Below, piece after piece: positions 14,538 to 27,551 of a stretch of 64,000 bases of DNA. Under the pieces are notes generated by a model. It was not told the DNA's origin. It ran no database searches and saw nothing but the letters and a program-made list of their open reading frames with translations. The stretch covers positions 9,052,001-9,116,000 of the forward strand of contig OX597830.1 in NCBI GenBank assembly GCA_951406725.2. Reading direction: 5' to 3'. Each line of letters starts with the position of its first letter. The stretch's first letter is position 1. The DNA comes from Octopus vulgaris. Lineage: Eukaryota. The position numbers were made by a program, and so were the translations under genes.

Positions 14538-15878
14538 TATTCTGCAACCAACAGACACACTTGTCCAATCCCAGGCAAATTCAAAACCATTCAATGTCCC
14601 CATTGCGACTCCTTAGCAAAATCCATTCCTGGACTCAAATTACATTCACGCATCCATTGCAGATAGACACAGCTTCTTAGAGTCTTTTTTGTGTTTTCTT
14701 TCTTTTATTCTCTTTAAGTCCTCTTCTTCTCATACATTAAAACTGATGGGAGTGAACCTCATTTTATTAAACAGATTAGCACTAACTTAACCATGATTAG
14801 TTAAGTACTTAATTAACTCAACCACAATAGTATTTAAAAATTTTTCTAACGAAGAGTCACCTGTAAAACTGTACAGTCTGTCCTATGTGATTTCACAACT
14901 ACAGGAGCTGACTGTCTCTTTGAAGGTGACTGCTAGAGATAGCAGCCAAAAAATTTTTCTTATCAAGCTGTAAATATCTAATGGGGAAAAAAGGACGCAT
15001 AAGATTATGTGGCCCCTACATGCACAATGCATAGCATAAAATGGTGGAGCTGAGGGTGTGCGTGTGATGGGGGAGGGAAATGTTGTGGAATGGTGGTCTC
15101 CAGACTTACCTAATCTTTTCCTTCCTCCAGGCCTCACAGCAGGGTACTTCCTTCCACCCAAAACTTAAAAGAACACGCTAGAACTGTACACTACCACCGC
15201 AGGCTAGCCTTCAGGAGTCAGTTGCACTTAACTGAATCCTTCCTGTAGTACCCTCATACAGGTACACATACACAGTATCTCCTCTCTCAGATATGTAAGT
15301 AATTTCTTCTACACACCATCTTGTGATGCACCTGGGTACATCGGATTGTCAGTAATGTTTGCTGAGGCTATTGGGTGTTTTGAGGTCTTTCATCAATCAG
15401 ATATCACCTTCACACAGGAAACCCAGCCACCGAGATTGATCAAGTCCAGCTTGTATCTAGTTAGCACTAAAAACACACACGTGTGTGTGTGTGTGTGTGT
15501 GTGAGTGTGTGTGTCAGAAGTTACAAAGTGACGTAAGGATCAAGAGTTTTATGCATACATGATATACATATAAATTTATATACATATATATTTCACACAA
15601 AGTTACACACACATATGCACATACACACACATATGTATACTTAAACACACACATATATACATATATATATACACACAAGTGCACACAGATATATATATAT
15701 ATATATATATACACTCACATATCAATACATATGTTTACATACCTATACATACACACACACACACACACATACATACATATATTGATACGTACACACATTT
15801 ATATATTGATACAAACACACACACACATACATGCACACTCACACACACGTACATACATACATACATACACACACACCT

Positions 15879-15917
<39 letters not shown>

Positions 15918-16418
15918 CATACATACATGTGATAGGCTTGTTCTATCTTCAGGGAAACGGCATTGCATGATAAGCAGTAAAGGAGTTGATAGAAATTCCA
16001 CATGGTGAACCCAGTGTAAGCTTTTGATGCCAAAGAAGTACAGCAAGATGAGAGGAAAGCTACCAGAGAACGCAGATCTCTCATACAGCAGATGCACCAA
16101 TGCAAGAAGCACTAAAAGTACATGAGGCATGGATTCTTTCCGATTCTGGGGCAAATCCCTGAAAGTGGGTAACAGGATTTGTTACCCTGGTCGCCTAATC
16201 AACAGTGGGGATGGATTCTGAAAGAATGATAGCCAGAGTAAGAATGGGCTGGAAAAAAAAGTAAAGAACAACTACTCACTCACTGCGAAGGGTAGATTGT
16301 ATGAGACTTGTGTACTAAGTCTGATGCTGCAGGGCTGCAAGGTGTTATGATGCTTGAATGCAGGCCATAAAGAAATGAAGTGAGGGTGATACATTGGATG
16401 CGTAAACAATGGTGTGCA

Positions 16419-16569
16419 TACAATATTTACATTTGACAGATATTTGTCCTCATCTTGTTTGTTGTTAACACAACATTTCGGCTGATACATTCTCCAGCTT
16501 TCATCAGGTATCTTGGGGAAATTTCGAACCTGGGTTCTCATTCCTAAGGTATTTTTCGATATGATTATG

Positions 16570-16600
<31 letters not shown>

Positions 16601-16800
16601 TCACTGTTTGGAATTGAACTTGGAATCTTGGGGTTAGTAGCCCGTGCTCTTAACCACTACACCATATCCCCAAGACACCTGAAGAAGGCTGGAGGGTATA
16701 TCAGCCGAAACATTGTGTTAACAACAAACAAAATGACAACAAATATCCGTCAAATGTAAACAATGTACATAATTCCTCATCTCTTAAATATAGAATTGTA
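16419..16800. mobile_element. tRNA-headed SINE-like element with a hammerhead-ribozyme tail (minus), plus an inverted 5'-truncated copy of the tail (plus)
   Basis: Minus 16597-16670 is tRNA-like (A box TGGTGTAGTGG, B box GTTCAATTCC). It is followed by (AAT)n and then the hammerhead CTGATGA-AAGCTG..CAGCC-GAAA at 16467-16512. Plus 16674-16719 reads GACAC-CTGAAGA-A-GGCTG/CAGCC-GAAA-CATT-GTGTT. The ~100 bp arms 16419-16518 and 16667-16770 are inverted. Confidence 0.75.
16674..16719 (+). ncRNA. Minimal type I hammerhead ribozyme motif (PLE type)
   Basis: Stem I GACAC/GTGTT, core CTGAAGA, stem II GGCTG/CAGCC, GAAA. Stem III reads AACATT here and AATGTT in the sister copy, implying ancestral palindromic AACGTT. 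Confidence 0.7.
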
Positions 16801-18988
16801 TAATGGTGAGTAGAGGGAAAACCTGGATGTAAACAGATTCAGCATGTACAGGGGTAGGCATAGCTGTGTTGTTAAGAAGCTCACTTTGCAATCACAAGGT
16901 CTTGGGTTCAGTCCTACTGCATGGCACTTTGGGTAAGTATCTTTTATTATAGCCTAAGACCAACCAATCAATACCTTGTGAGTCTATTTGGTAGGAAGGA
17001 GCTATGTAGAAGCCTGTGTGTGTGTGTGTGTGATCATTATCTAGAGTCTGTTTTCCTGGTTTGACTGGAACTGCTAAACCAGAGAGCTGCACCAGGTTCC
17101 AGCCTCATCAGGCATGATTTCTCCAGCTGGATGCTCTTCCTGATGCCAACCACTCCAACAGTGTAATGGGTGGTTTTCACACTAGCATAGGTTAAATGGT
17201 TTGACTGGAGCTGGTAAGTCGGAGAGCTGTATCAGGCTCCAGTCTGAATTTGGCTTTGTTTCCACAGCTGGATGCTCTTCCTAACACCAACCACTCCAAG
17301 AGTGTAGTGGGTCCATTTTTATGTGCAGGCAATAATGTTCACGATACCAGTGCTGCTTATAATTTGTTTTTAAATCTAATCTTTTGGATGCAATGCAGTG
17401 GCATTACCAGCGAATAGTTTTTACGCTATCAATATATAATCACAGACTGGCTATTTGATTTGTCCCCGGTTCGATTCAGGCACATAATGTTGATGAGCCA
17501 CACAAACAGCAAAATATTGGTATCCATCACTCCTGAATCTAATTGGAGGTGGGTTGTTTCACCTGTCTATGACTTCCAGCTGTTTTAACACCCAGCGTAA
17601 TGAGGGAGTCATCCCCTAAGTGCTTTACTGCAGCGAAGTGGTGAACAAACATAACACATACATTATGTGCAGTCAATAATGTTTACAACACTGGTGATAC
17701 TTTTAATTTATTATATGTATTTGTACACAAATATATATTATATATTAGATGCAGGCATGGCCTTGTGCTTCTCAACCACATGGTTCTGGGTTCAGTCCCA
17801 ATGCATGGCACTTTTGGCAAGTGTCTCCTACTATAGCCTCAGGCTGACCAAAGCCTTGACAGTAGATATGGTGGACAGAAACTGGAAAGAAGCTTGTCGC
17901 GTATGTGTATTTGTCCCCCACCACCTAGTCTATCAGTCTCTTTTGCCAAACTGCTAAGTTACAGGGACACAAACAAACCAACACTAGTGGGAGACAAACA
18001 CGCACACACACACACAAATGACAAGCTTCCTTCAGTTTTCGTTAACCAAATCTACTCACAAATCTTAGGTTGCCCGAGTCTATAGTGGATTATACCTGCC
18101 CAAGGTGTCACGCAGTGGGACTGAACCCAGGGTCATGTGGTTAGAAAGCAAACTTCTTACTACACAGCCATGCCTGCACCTGTGTGTGTGTGTGTGTAGC
18201 ATCTGGGAATAGATAATGCTACTCAATTCCATCTGGCCCATGCAAGCATCGAAAAGTGAACTTTAAATAATGGTGATGATAATGATGATGATGCACAGGT
18301 GTGGGCGTGCGATTTCAAGTTCAATTCCACTGCACAGCATATTGGGCAAGTGTCTCTTAGTGTAGCCAAGAGCTGAATATTAAAAGATGATAGAGGTGAT
18401 GATGATGATGATGATGATATGAAATTGCTCATAATATAAGTTTGTGTACTTCAGTACACCAAACATACACTCAATGAGGAATTAAAAGAAGAAAGGTACC
18501 ATATATATATATATATATAGTCATAATGACTGTTTGCTTTGAAGTTTCAATGATGCTGATTCAAGAAGACAGTATTGAGGAAATCTTGAAGTAAACAGGC
18601 ATTAAAAATAATGAAATAATATTATATACATATTCGCATATACATAGACATATACTTACACTTACAAACATACACACATATATATATATGCACACACACA
18701 TACATATATATATATATATGCACACACACACATATACACAGACATACACATATATATGCATACACACACACATATACACAGACATACACATATATATGCA
18801 TACACACACACATATATATATATATGCATATGCATACACACACATACACATATATATACATACACACACACACATATATATGCATACACATAAACATAGA
18901 TACGTATATTACATATATACATATATATATATATATATATGCACACACACATCTATTAGATATATAATACCACACATGTATATGTATG

Positions 18989-19036
<48 letters not shown>

Positions 19037-20169
19037 TAATACATGTAACTATTTATATATCTCTATCTATCTGTCTATCTATCTATCTACATACATGTAT
19101 ATGCTTGCACTGTATGGGTAATTAGAAACCAGGTGAGGATTTGTGTGGACAATAAGTACCAAAAAACACAAGAGACAAGGTGTGTGTTTGTGGGTGTGCT
19201 GGGGTGTAGATGTCAATGGTGGTGGTGGTGGGGAGGTGTCCAAGGTGGCATCTTCAGGAATTTCAGTGGTGGTGTTGGGGAATGTCTTGTATTTTATAAT
19301 TCTCTTTCTGACTACATACCAAAGTACGAAGTTAATGCTTGTCTATATGTATCTCTGACATATATAAATGTGGTTGCTTTCTAACCACATGGTTCTGGGT
19401 TCGGTCCCACTCCCTGGGACCTGGAGCTAACATCTTTTCCTACAGTCTTGGGTCGCCCAAAGAATTGTGAGTGGATTTGGTAGATAGAAACTAAAAGAAG
19501 CATGCCGCATATATGTGTGTGTGTGTGTGTGTGTGAGTGTGTGTGTGTGTCTTTGTCATCCCACCATTGTTTGACAACCCACGGTGTTGTGTTTATGACC
19601 CTATGACTTCGTGGTTCGGCAAAAGATCCCGATAGAATAAGTCCTGGGATCGATTTGTTCGACTAAAACTGCTGTCAAATGACTGAAAAGTATAAAAGAA
19701 TATATATATATGTGCATATATATATATATATGTGCATATATATATATGCATATATATGTATGCATATACATGTATGCATATACAGATGCGCTTGTATGCG
19801 TGTGTATATGTATTTACTTACATATCTATATAAGCATATACATATGCATGTATAATATATATCTGTGTGTAGGCATGTCTCTCACTTACATATGTGTATA
19901 TATATATACACACACACACACGTGTGTGTGAGTGTGGTGGGGGTCATGTGGATATATGCTTGCATGTTATAGACAGACACGCACCCACAGGCACCTGGGA
20001 ATTATTAACGTTGAGATGATCAGAGGATAGTTTCACACACAAAGAGGGAGGGGGGAAGGCCAGACAGAAGACAAAAATGAAGTTTACACGTGGAAAATGT
20101 TGGATATAAATATAAATAAGAAAAATGTCGAGAGAGAGAGAAAGAGAGAGAGAGAGTATACATTCACAG

Positions 20170-20325
20170 ATTATCATAGATAGGTAAATAGACAGACCGA
20201 CACAAGACAAACAGACAGATAGACAGATATAGACGAACAGATAGAGAAAAAGATAGATAGGCAGATAGATAAATAAATAGACATAAAGAGATAGACAAAT
20301 AGATAGACAGACAGACAAAATAAAC

Positions 20326-20357
<32 letters not shown>

Positions 20358-20392
20358 CTATAGACAGATAGATCTGGAGACAGATAGATCTG

Positions 20393-20428
<36 letters not shown>

Positions 20429-20532
20429 TAAACAGATATATAGACAGACGGATAAACAGACAGATAGGAATATAAACAGATATATAGACAGACAGACAGA
20501 CATATATATATATATATATATACAGACAGACA

Positions 20533-20616
<84 letters not shown>

Positions 20617-20619
20617 TAT

Positions 20620-20691
<72 letters not shown>

Positions 20692-21227
20692 GTAGATAGA
20701 TAGATAGATAGATATGTAGATAGATATGTAGATAGATATGTAGATAGATATGTAGATAGATATGTAGATAGATATGTAGATAAATATGTAGATAGATATG
20801 TAGATAGATATGTAGATAGATATGTAGATAGAAACACACGAATAAACTATAGAGACCAACAGACAAATAAAGAGAGGCACATAGAGAAGAGCAGATCGAA
20901 AATAAAGAAGTAAACAGAAATCTACAATCAGAGAAATAGACTAAGGTATCGATAGTTAATCAGATGGTTATACAAAGAGAGGCTGTTTCACAGATGAGTA
21001 CTGATACATTCTGACAGATATTGATAGTACTTTGACGGATAAATATCGATAGACAGATAAACTGAAAGTAAGAAATAGGTATGTGTAGGTAGTTCGGCAG
21101 ATAAATAGATGTATCGATACAAGCTTTGATTGAGTGATTGATACGAGAGAGAGAGAAACTTTGATAGCTGGGCAAATATCGATAAACTTTGGTGCGTGTA
21201 TACATACATAACTGCACATACACACAC

Positions 21228-21299
<72 letters not shown>

Positions 21300-21930
21300 A
21301 TAAACAGACACATCAATAGATAGACAGATAGAAAGACAGAGAGATAGAAAGACGGATAGATAGATGGATAGATATATAAAGAGATAGATAGACGGATAGA
21401 TACATAAACAGATAGATAGACGGATATATATATATATATACATAGATAGATAGATAGACGGATAGATATATACATAGATAGACGGATAGATATATACATA
21501 GATAGATAGATAGACGGATAGATATATAAACAGATAGATAGACGGATGGATATATAAACAGATAGATAGACGGATAGATATATACATAGATAGATAGACG
21601 GATATATATATAAACAGATAGATAGACGGATAGATATATAAACAGATAGATAGACGGATAGATATATAAACAGATAGATAGACGGATAGATATATAAACA
21701 GATAGATAGACGGATAGATATATAAACAGATAGATAGACGGATAGGTACATAAACAGATAGATAGACGGATAGATATATAAACAGATAGATAGACGGATA
21801 GATATATAAACAGATAGATAGACGGATAGATATATACATAGAAAGGTAGACGGATAGATATATAGGCAATCTTACGGATAGATATATAGACGGATAGACA
21901 GGCAGACAGACACCGACAGATAAACAGACA
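20170..21930. repeat. Compound (ATAG)/(ACAG) satellite with 12-bp (GATAGATATGTA) and 28-bp (AACAGATAGATAGACGGATAGATATATA) higher-order units
   Basis: 12-mer array ~20710-20830; 28-mer array ~21350-21900. Confidence 0.9.
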
Positions 21931-22191
21931 GAAAGATACACCCCTTAAGACACAAATACACCGATAGACAGACAGATTGAAAAGAAAAGAAAAAAGAAAA
22001 CGAATAAAATACCCAGACAGAAATAAAATAAATCACAGCTCGAAATTCCAAAGAATATAAATGGAGAGACAAAGAGTGCAGAATTGGAAGAGAGAGAATC
22101 GAAGTGCAATATCAGAGAAATTGGTGTTCAATCTGGCTGTGAAAAGTTCAAAGAGCAGCGTGAGAGAGATAGCTGGAAGTAGGTGAGTTAC

Positions 22192-22365
22192 CTTTACTGC
22201 TAAATTGGTTTCTTTGTCGTCCAAAAGTATTACTCGACAGACGTAGTCTCCAGCTTTGATTCCGTCCTCGACATATTGGCAATATTTGTTGTGACCAGAC
22301 AACTTCTCCTTGTCTTTATTGCCGCGGAAAAACCGCGGGAGAAACCTTAACAGTTTCGTGGACAT
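22192..22365 (-). CDS. First coding exon (58 aa) of a band 4.1/FERM-domain protein, most like EPB41L5/EPB41L4B/Yurt (FRMD3/5 not excluded)
   Basis: ATG at 22365. Peptide MSTKLLRFLPRFFRGNKDKEKLSGHNKYCQYVEDGIKAGDYVCRVILLDDKETNLAVK has a basic amphipathic N-terminus and the FERM F1 start motif CRVILLDD (Yurt CRVILLD and EPB41L5 CRVSLLD, from memory). It ends at a phase-0 donor AAG|GTAACT. Polypyrimidine-preceded AGs lie just upstream of the ATG. The next exon was not found in the window. Confidence 0.85.
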
Positions 22366-22379
22366 TGCTACAGAGGGAC

Positions 22380-22783
22380 TGTAGACATATGTGGAGGAGG
22401 AGGAGGGGGGAGGGCAAAGAGAGAGGGAGGGAGAGAGAAAAGGATAGATAGGCAGGGAGGGATAGGTTGAGACTGTGTGAGACAGAGAGGGTAGGAGAGA
22501 TAGGTAGAGATTGTGTGTGTGTGTGAGAGAGAGAGAGAGGGGAGAAGAGAAAGGCAGGGATTGTGAGTAGAAGAGAGAAAGGGGGAGGGAAACAGTAGTG
22601 AAAGTGTAAGAGAAAGTGAAGAGAAAGATGTGTTTATGAGAAAAAAAAAGAGAGAAACAGTGGTGAAAGAGTAAGACTGAGAGAAAGGGAGGGGGTGAAC
22701 AGAAATTTTGCTTGCGTTTGAGAGAAAGAAGGAGAGGGAGAAAGTAATGAAAGAGTGTGAGAGACAGATGGGAAAAAGAGCCA

Positions 22784-22822
<39 letters not shown>

Positions 22823-24240
22823 CGCAGTGAAAGAGTAAAAGACAGACTTGAAAGAGATACATAGAATGACAGATAAACTAAGAGAGAGACTGTAAGCATG
22901 TGTGAAAGAGTAAGAGTACAGTGTTAGAGAGAAGTGGAGATAGGGGAGGGTAGAAGATAGAGAAATAATAATATAGAGAGAGGGAGGTGGGTGAGTGATA
23001 AATAGTGAGAGAGAAAGAGAAAATGTGTGATGTGTGTATGTGTGTACGCGTTTGTGTATGTGTTCGTGTGTTAGCGGTGGGGAAAGAGTAATAGAGTAGT
23101 AGAGGCTTTGATACAGTGAGTAAAGGGAGTGAGTCGACGGCCGGTAGGGGGTAAGAGGCACAGAGATAGAGAGAGAGAGGGAAGTTTGATGAATGGTAGA
23201 AGAGAGAGAGGAAGAGGAGAGAAGGGGAAAGAGAAAGGGTGTATGTGTGCAGGGAGGGGGTACAGTGGCTAGGATAAAATGGAAGGAAGGGGAGGAAAGA
23301 TTAAAAGAGTAAGTACAAGAGAGGAGGAGGAGGAGAAGAAGTTAGTGCGGGTAGATCAAAGGAGGTGAAATGTAGAGATATATGGAGCGTGTGAGGGAGG
23401 GAATAGAAAGAGAGAACTTAGTAGAGAGAGAGAGAGAGAAAGATGGATTGGGATTAAAAAGAAAGATAGAGAGTAAGAGGAAGAAAGCCAGGGTGTACGT
23501 GCGTAGTTTGTGTGTGCATGTGTGCATGTGTGTGTGTGTGTGTGTGTGTGTGCATGAGCGAGACGGTGCTAGGATTAAAGAGAAGTGACACTGAGTGTGT
23601 GTGTATGTGTGCGTGCGTATGTGTGTGTATATAGCGAAGATAGAGGAAGTGAAGGGGATGAAAGGTGGGTAGCAGAGGGAGGTGAAAGAGAGAGTGAGAA
23701 AGGGGGGGGGGAGAAAATATGAATGAAACGATAGGAAAAGAGAAAAAGTAAAAGAATAGTTAGTTTGAAAGATAGATAGATAGATAGATAGATAGAGAGA
23801 GAGAGGGAGAGAGATAAAAATAGATAGATAGATAGATAGATAGATAAAGAGAGAGAGAGATAAAGAGAGAGAAAGAGACACTATAACTTCATGTAACTCT
23901 TTTTCACTTTTTATTTGCTCTTTGTTCTCTGTATCTCTCTCTCTCTTTCTACACACACACAATTCCCTCTCTGTCCTGCTTAGATACTCAATCACCCTCT
24001 CTCAATCTGTCTGTCATTCTATCTGTCTTTCTTATGTCACCTTCCTCCCCTTCTCTTTCATTGTCCTTTTATTGTTTCTCATTCCGCTCCTCCTCCTCCT
24101 CCGTCTACCCCTCCTTGTCATCCGTGTTTCTCACTTTATTCTTCCTTCCTTCTTTCTTCCTTTCCTTCACTCTATGCCCCTTACTTTTCTTCCTCTCCGT
24201 TTCTTTCACTCCGTCTCACTCTTCGTTGAAAGAACCGAGA
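22380..24240 (-). promoter_or_regulatory. Putative 5' UTR/promoter region of the FERM gene: GA-rich tract switching to CT-rich at ~23880
   Basis: About 1.5 kb purine-rich plus strand directly upstream of the ATG, an abrupt strand switch, and no SINEs. Confidence 0.4.
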
Positions 24241-24286
24241 ACCGGTATAGTTTCTTTATATGTTGGTATATATATGTGTGTGTGTT

Positions 24287-24398
<112 letters not shown>

Positions 24399-24441
24399 TG
24401 CGTGGTGTATATTTTGTATATCTGTAAGTTGAGTGCGGATA

Positions 24442-24483
<42 letters not shown>

Positions 24484-24524
24484 CACACACATATATATAT
24501 TGAGAGAGAGAAATAGAGAGATAT

Positions 24525-24563
<39 letters not shown>

Positions 24564-25024
24564 CATACATACATACATACATACCCATCTATATATATCT
24601 GTCTGTGGTGTGGGTGTTGTGTCTCACTGCATGTTCTTATTTAACCCCAGGACAGTATTGATCCAGTAGATCTACGCTTGAAGGCACTCACCAGTCAAGA
24701 AAATGTAACCCGCAAGAATTAGAATATATTTAGAAGTACTTTATCCAATGCAGTCTTCTTTTCATTCAGGTCAATAACGTATAATGTGAAGATGATTTTG
24801 ACTGCTATTTCCAGCGGATCGAAAGCCTAATGTTTGTACGCTGTGTGCGTGTATACACACACACACAAGCAAGCACATAAATGTAAAACAAAGCAGAAAA
24901 CAATAGTACTTGAATACCTAAGGTAGAGTAACATGCTTTTATAAAACCTGCAAAATCTAAGAGTTTCACGTTCCCGTTCGCCGGACGGTTGTATTCATTA
25001 CAACTACCCAACAAAAGCGCGCGC

Positions 25025-25060
<36 letters not shown>

Positions 25061-25365
25061 GCTAGTTTATTTTGTCTTCTCTCCTGGTGCTGTATGAACA
25101 CTTAATGTGGTTTTAGGAGTCAAGTTTTGACTGCTATTTCCAGCGTGGAGGTATCTCTTAGATACCCTAAGTTATAATTTTAATAATAATTATTACCTTT
25201 GAAGATTTTTATTCCCATGCTGGCCACTTGATAAGTTCGATATTTAAATAATGATCTTATCCTTATATATATTTATAATATGACAACAAAAGAATGAATG
25301 TTACCTCGATATTATGTAAATAGGGGAATTTATCCATAAATATAATATAGGACAATGTGTTAGTT

Positions 25366-25435
25366 GTCATAATAAAAGTCAGAGTTTCAGATACTGGGAC
25401 TAAAGTCTGCTTGGCATCTCATCAGTTATTAAGAC
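25366..25435 (-). ncRNA. Hammerhead motif in a PLE-like fragment (~25190-25470)
   Basis: Stem I GTCTTAATAA/TTATTATGAC, CTGATGA, stem II GATGC/GTATC, then (T)GAAACTCTGACTT. Confidence 0.55.
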
Positions 25436-27027
25436 AAAAACGCTATGAAAAAAACGTTGAATAATAATAATAATAATAATAATATATACCCCATTTCTAT
25501 AATTAGAAAATCTCTATTGCTTCCTTCAACCTATTCCTCACAACTTTACAGCAGTCTGGAACAACAAAATCTTAGTCAGTCAGTTGAGAGACTCTACTAC
25601 CTCATATGTTCTTAAAATTTAAATCCACATCTTTGTCTGTATATCTATCTTCTCTATAATGTTGCCACTTGATTTGAAAATTTTTGTAATAATGGAAAAC
25701 CTCTATAATTGGCTGATGAGTACTCCAGCATCTTAAATCTTTTGTAATACTTACGACATTTAATAAAATGATGTAGTACGAAATGATCGTACCAAATTAC
25801 CGGAGTCATTCTTGTTGCTCATTCTGATTATATACACACATACACACACACATACTATCATGTTTTAGTTACCACTTTAACACCCCGCAAAAAATCCCAA
25901 ATTTTATTTAATTTGTTTTGCGTGAAGGACTGTTTCAACGAATTCGCGTCTTGTCCTTACCTTCGCAACGCGGAGTAGATAAAACAGGGGACAACTGATG
26001 AAGGGAATGTTCTTCATGGTTCTTGTCTCGTTTCTCATTTTGTTCACGTCTTTTTGATGTCCTGTATCCATATATGCATCCAAATCTTCACAATCTCAAA
26101 TTTTAAGGGATCGTATTTTTTCAACTTTTCTTTCTTCCGAACCCTAATCGATATGATGGATCAATCAGTAAGCAGATTCGATTTTCCTCATCTGTTACTT
26201 CTATATTTAGCTTATGTTCCATCTTCTCCGATTCAATGGGATACTCAAGAACCCTTTTTACCCACTGATTATACTTCCTGCTTCAACTCCCTGCCTCCGT
26301 AATTTTTCACAAAGCTTTCAATATAAATATTTCACAGCTTGATCATGACTCCATTTCTTATATTCTCCCTGAGCCAAGTTGCGTATTCTGCAACAGGGTG
26401 TCTCATTGTTTCATCTCAAATTCCACATACTCTACATTCACCCCAAACATGTATCTCTCAAATTATTTGTTTGTAGCGTTTTGTCTTCAGTAGCTATAAT
26501 AAGGCTCTTAGTTTGTTTTCCTTTTCTGTTTTTTTTTTTTAAAAGACCCCTTTTCAACCAAGCCCAACCAAACCCCATACAGCCTCAGTGGCTCCCCAAA
26601 ACTGACCATGCAAAGGGTTCTCTTCAATCTCTTTAACTCTTTGAATTTCGCTTTTATTTCTTTTCTCCTTTTCTCCTCTTGATCACTTGTTCTTAAGTCA
26701 CCGCCTTTACTAAGTTTTCTGTGCTGTTATGTAAATAACCAAGCTGTTTCGTTCCATCCGCTCACACTGTTCCACGCGAATTAAACCTCCCCCACCCTTG
26801 TCTCTTTTCATGTATAACCGGTTGATATCAGCTTTCGGATAGTGGGCCCCACACATAGACGACAGCTTTCTAGTTTTCTGTTAAGTTTCTGCATTTCGTC
26901 CTTTGTCCGGTCCACAATTCCAGCTCCATATCTGATAATAACTGGTACTGCACATGAGCTAATTACCTCAATGACATTTCATGAACTCAACCTGAACCGA
27001 AAATATTTTCCTCACACTTCTTCTATA

Positions 27028-27549
27028 CTGTAAATCCTCGAGTATAGTCCGCCCTTGAGTATAATACGCAGGGGATTTTTAGGGGGCTGTACCTCTGAAA
27101 AACCTAAACCTTGTTTATAATACGCACCACTTCTCTAACTTGAGTCGTGCGTAATTAAGCCAGCAGCACTTAGTCGAACAAACACTTGCGCGCATGCGTA
27201 ATACAATAATGGTGATGTTCTTAACTGTTATATGGGAATGTAAATATGTTTGCAAATTGTTTTTGTTACATGTTATTCTGTGTTCTGAATACTTTTATTT
27301 TAATAAATGTTGCTTACTGCAAGTTATGGATGATTCTTTTATGACTTCATTGCTTTCAGGCTTAGCTTAAGGTATTTTCGCACCCAACATCACAAAATGC
27401 ATCTGAATAAACATTGCCGGACAGCAAATAGAGACTCGGACGTTGCTTAGAAAATATTTTTCATTTTTAACCTCGTGTATAGAACGCACTAGGGATTTTG
27501 ACCTTTAAATTTTGGGAAAAAAATGCGGCTTATACTCGAGGATTTACGG
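27028..27549. mobile_element. Tc2/pogo-like MITE
   Basis: TIRs CTGTAAATCCTCGAGTATA / TATACTCGAGGATTTACGG with TA on both sides; no ORF. Confidence 0.8.
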
Positions 27550-27551
27550 TA

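Noticed and set aside
16597-16670. Functional tRNA gene (also the SINE heads at 1704, 29700 and elsewhere)
   Set aside because: Acceptor and T stems are imperfect and each is fused to a repeat body, so these are SINE heads.
20164-21941. Long ORFs of 150-320 aa rich in YLSI, HTYI or VCVC here and at 38348-39266, 41577-42501 and 47891-48676
   Set aside because: They are translations of stop-free microsatellites, not genes.
1-22191. Second FERM exon (expected ..G..L...V..HL.L.EKDYFGL)
   Set aside because: Not found by eye; it probably lies left of the window.
22033-22899. 288-aa ORF as a complete protein
   Set aside because: Only 22192-22365 is protein-like; the rest is CT-repeat upstream and intron read-through downstream.
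25989-26027. CTGATGA with a stem I-like GACAA/TTGTC; similar partial cores at ~10275, ~11200 (minus) and ~38290
   Set aside because: No properly placed GAAA or stem III, so not called hammerheads, although they may be PLE debris.
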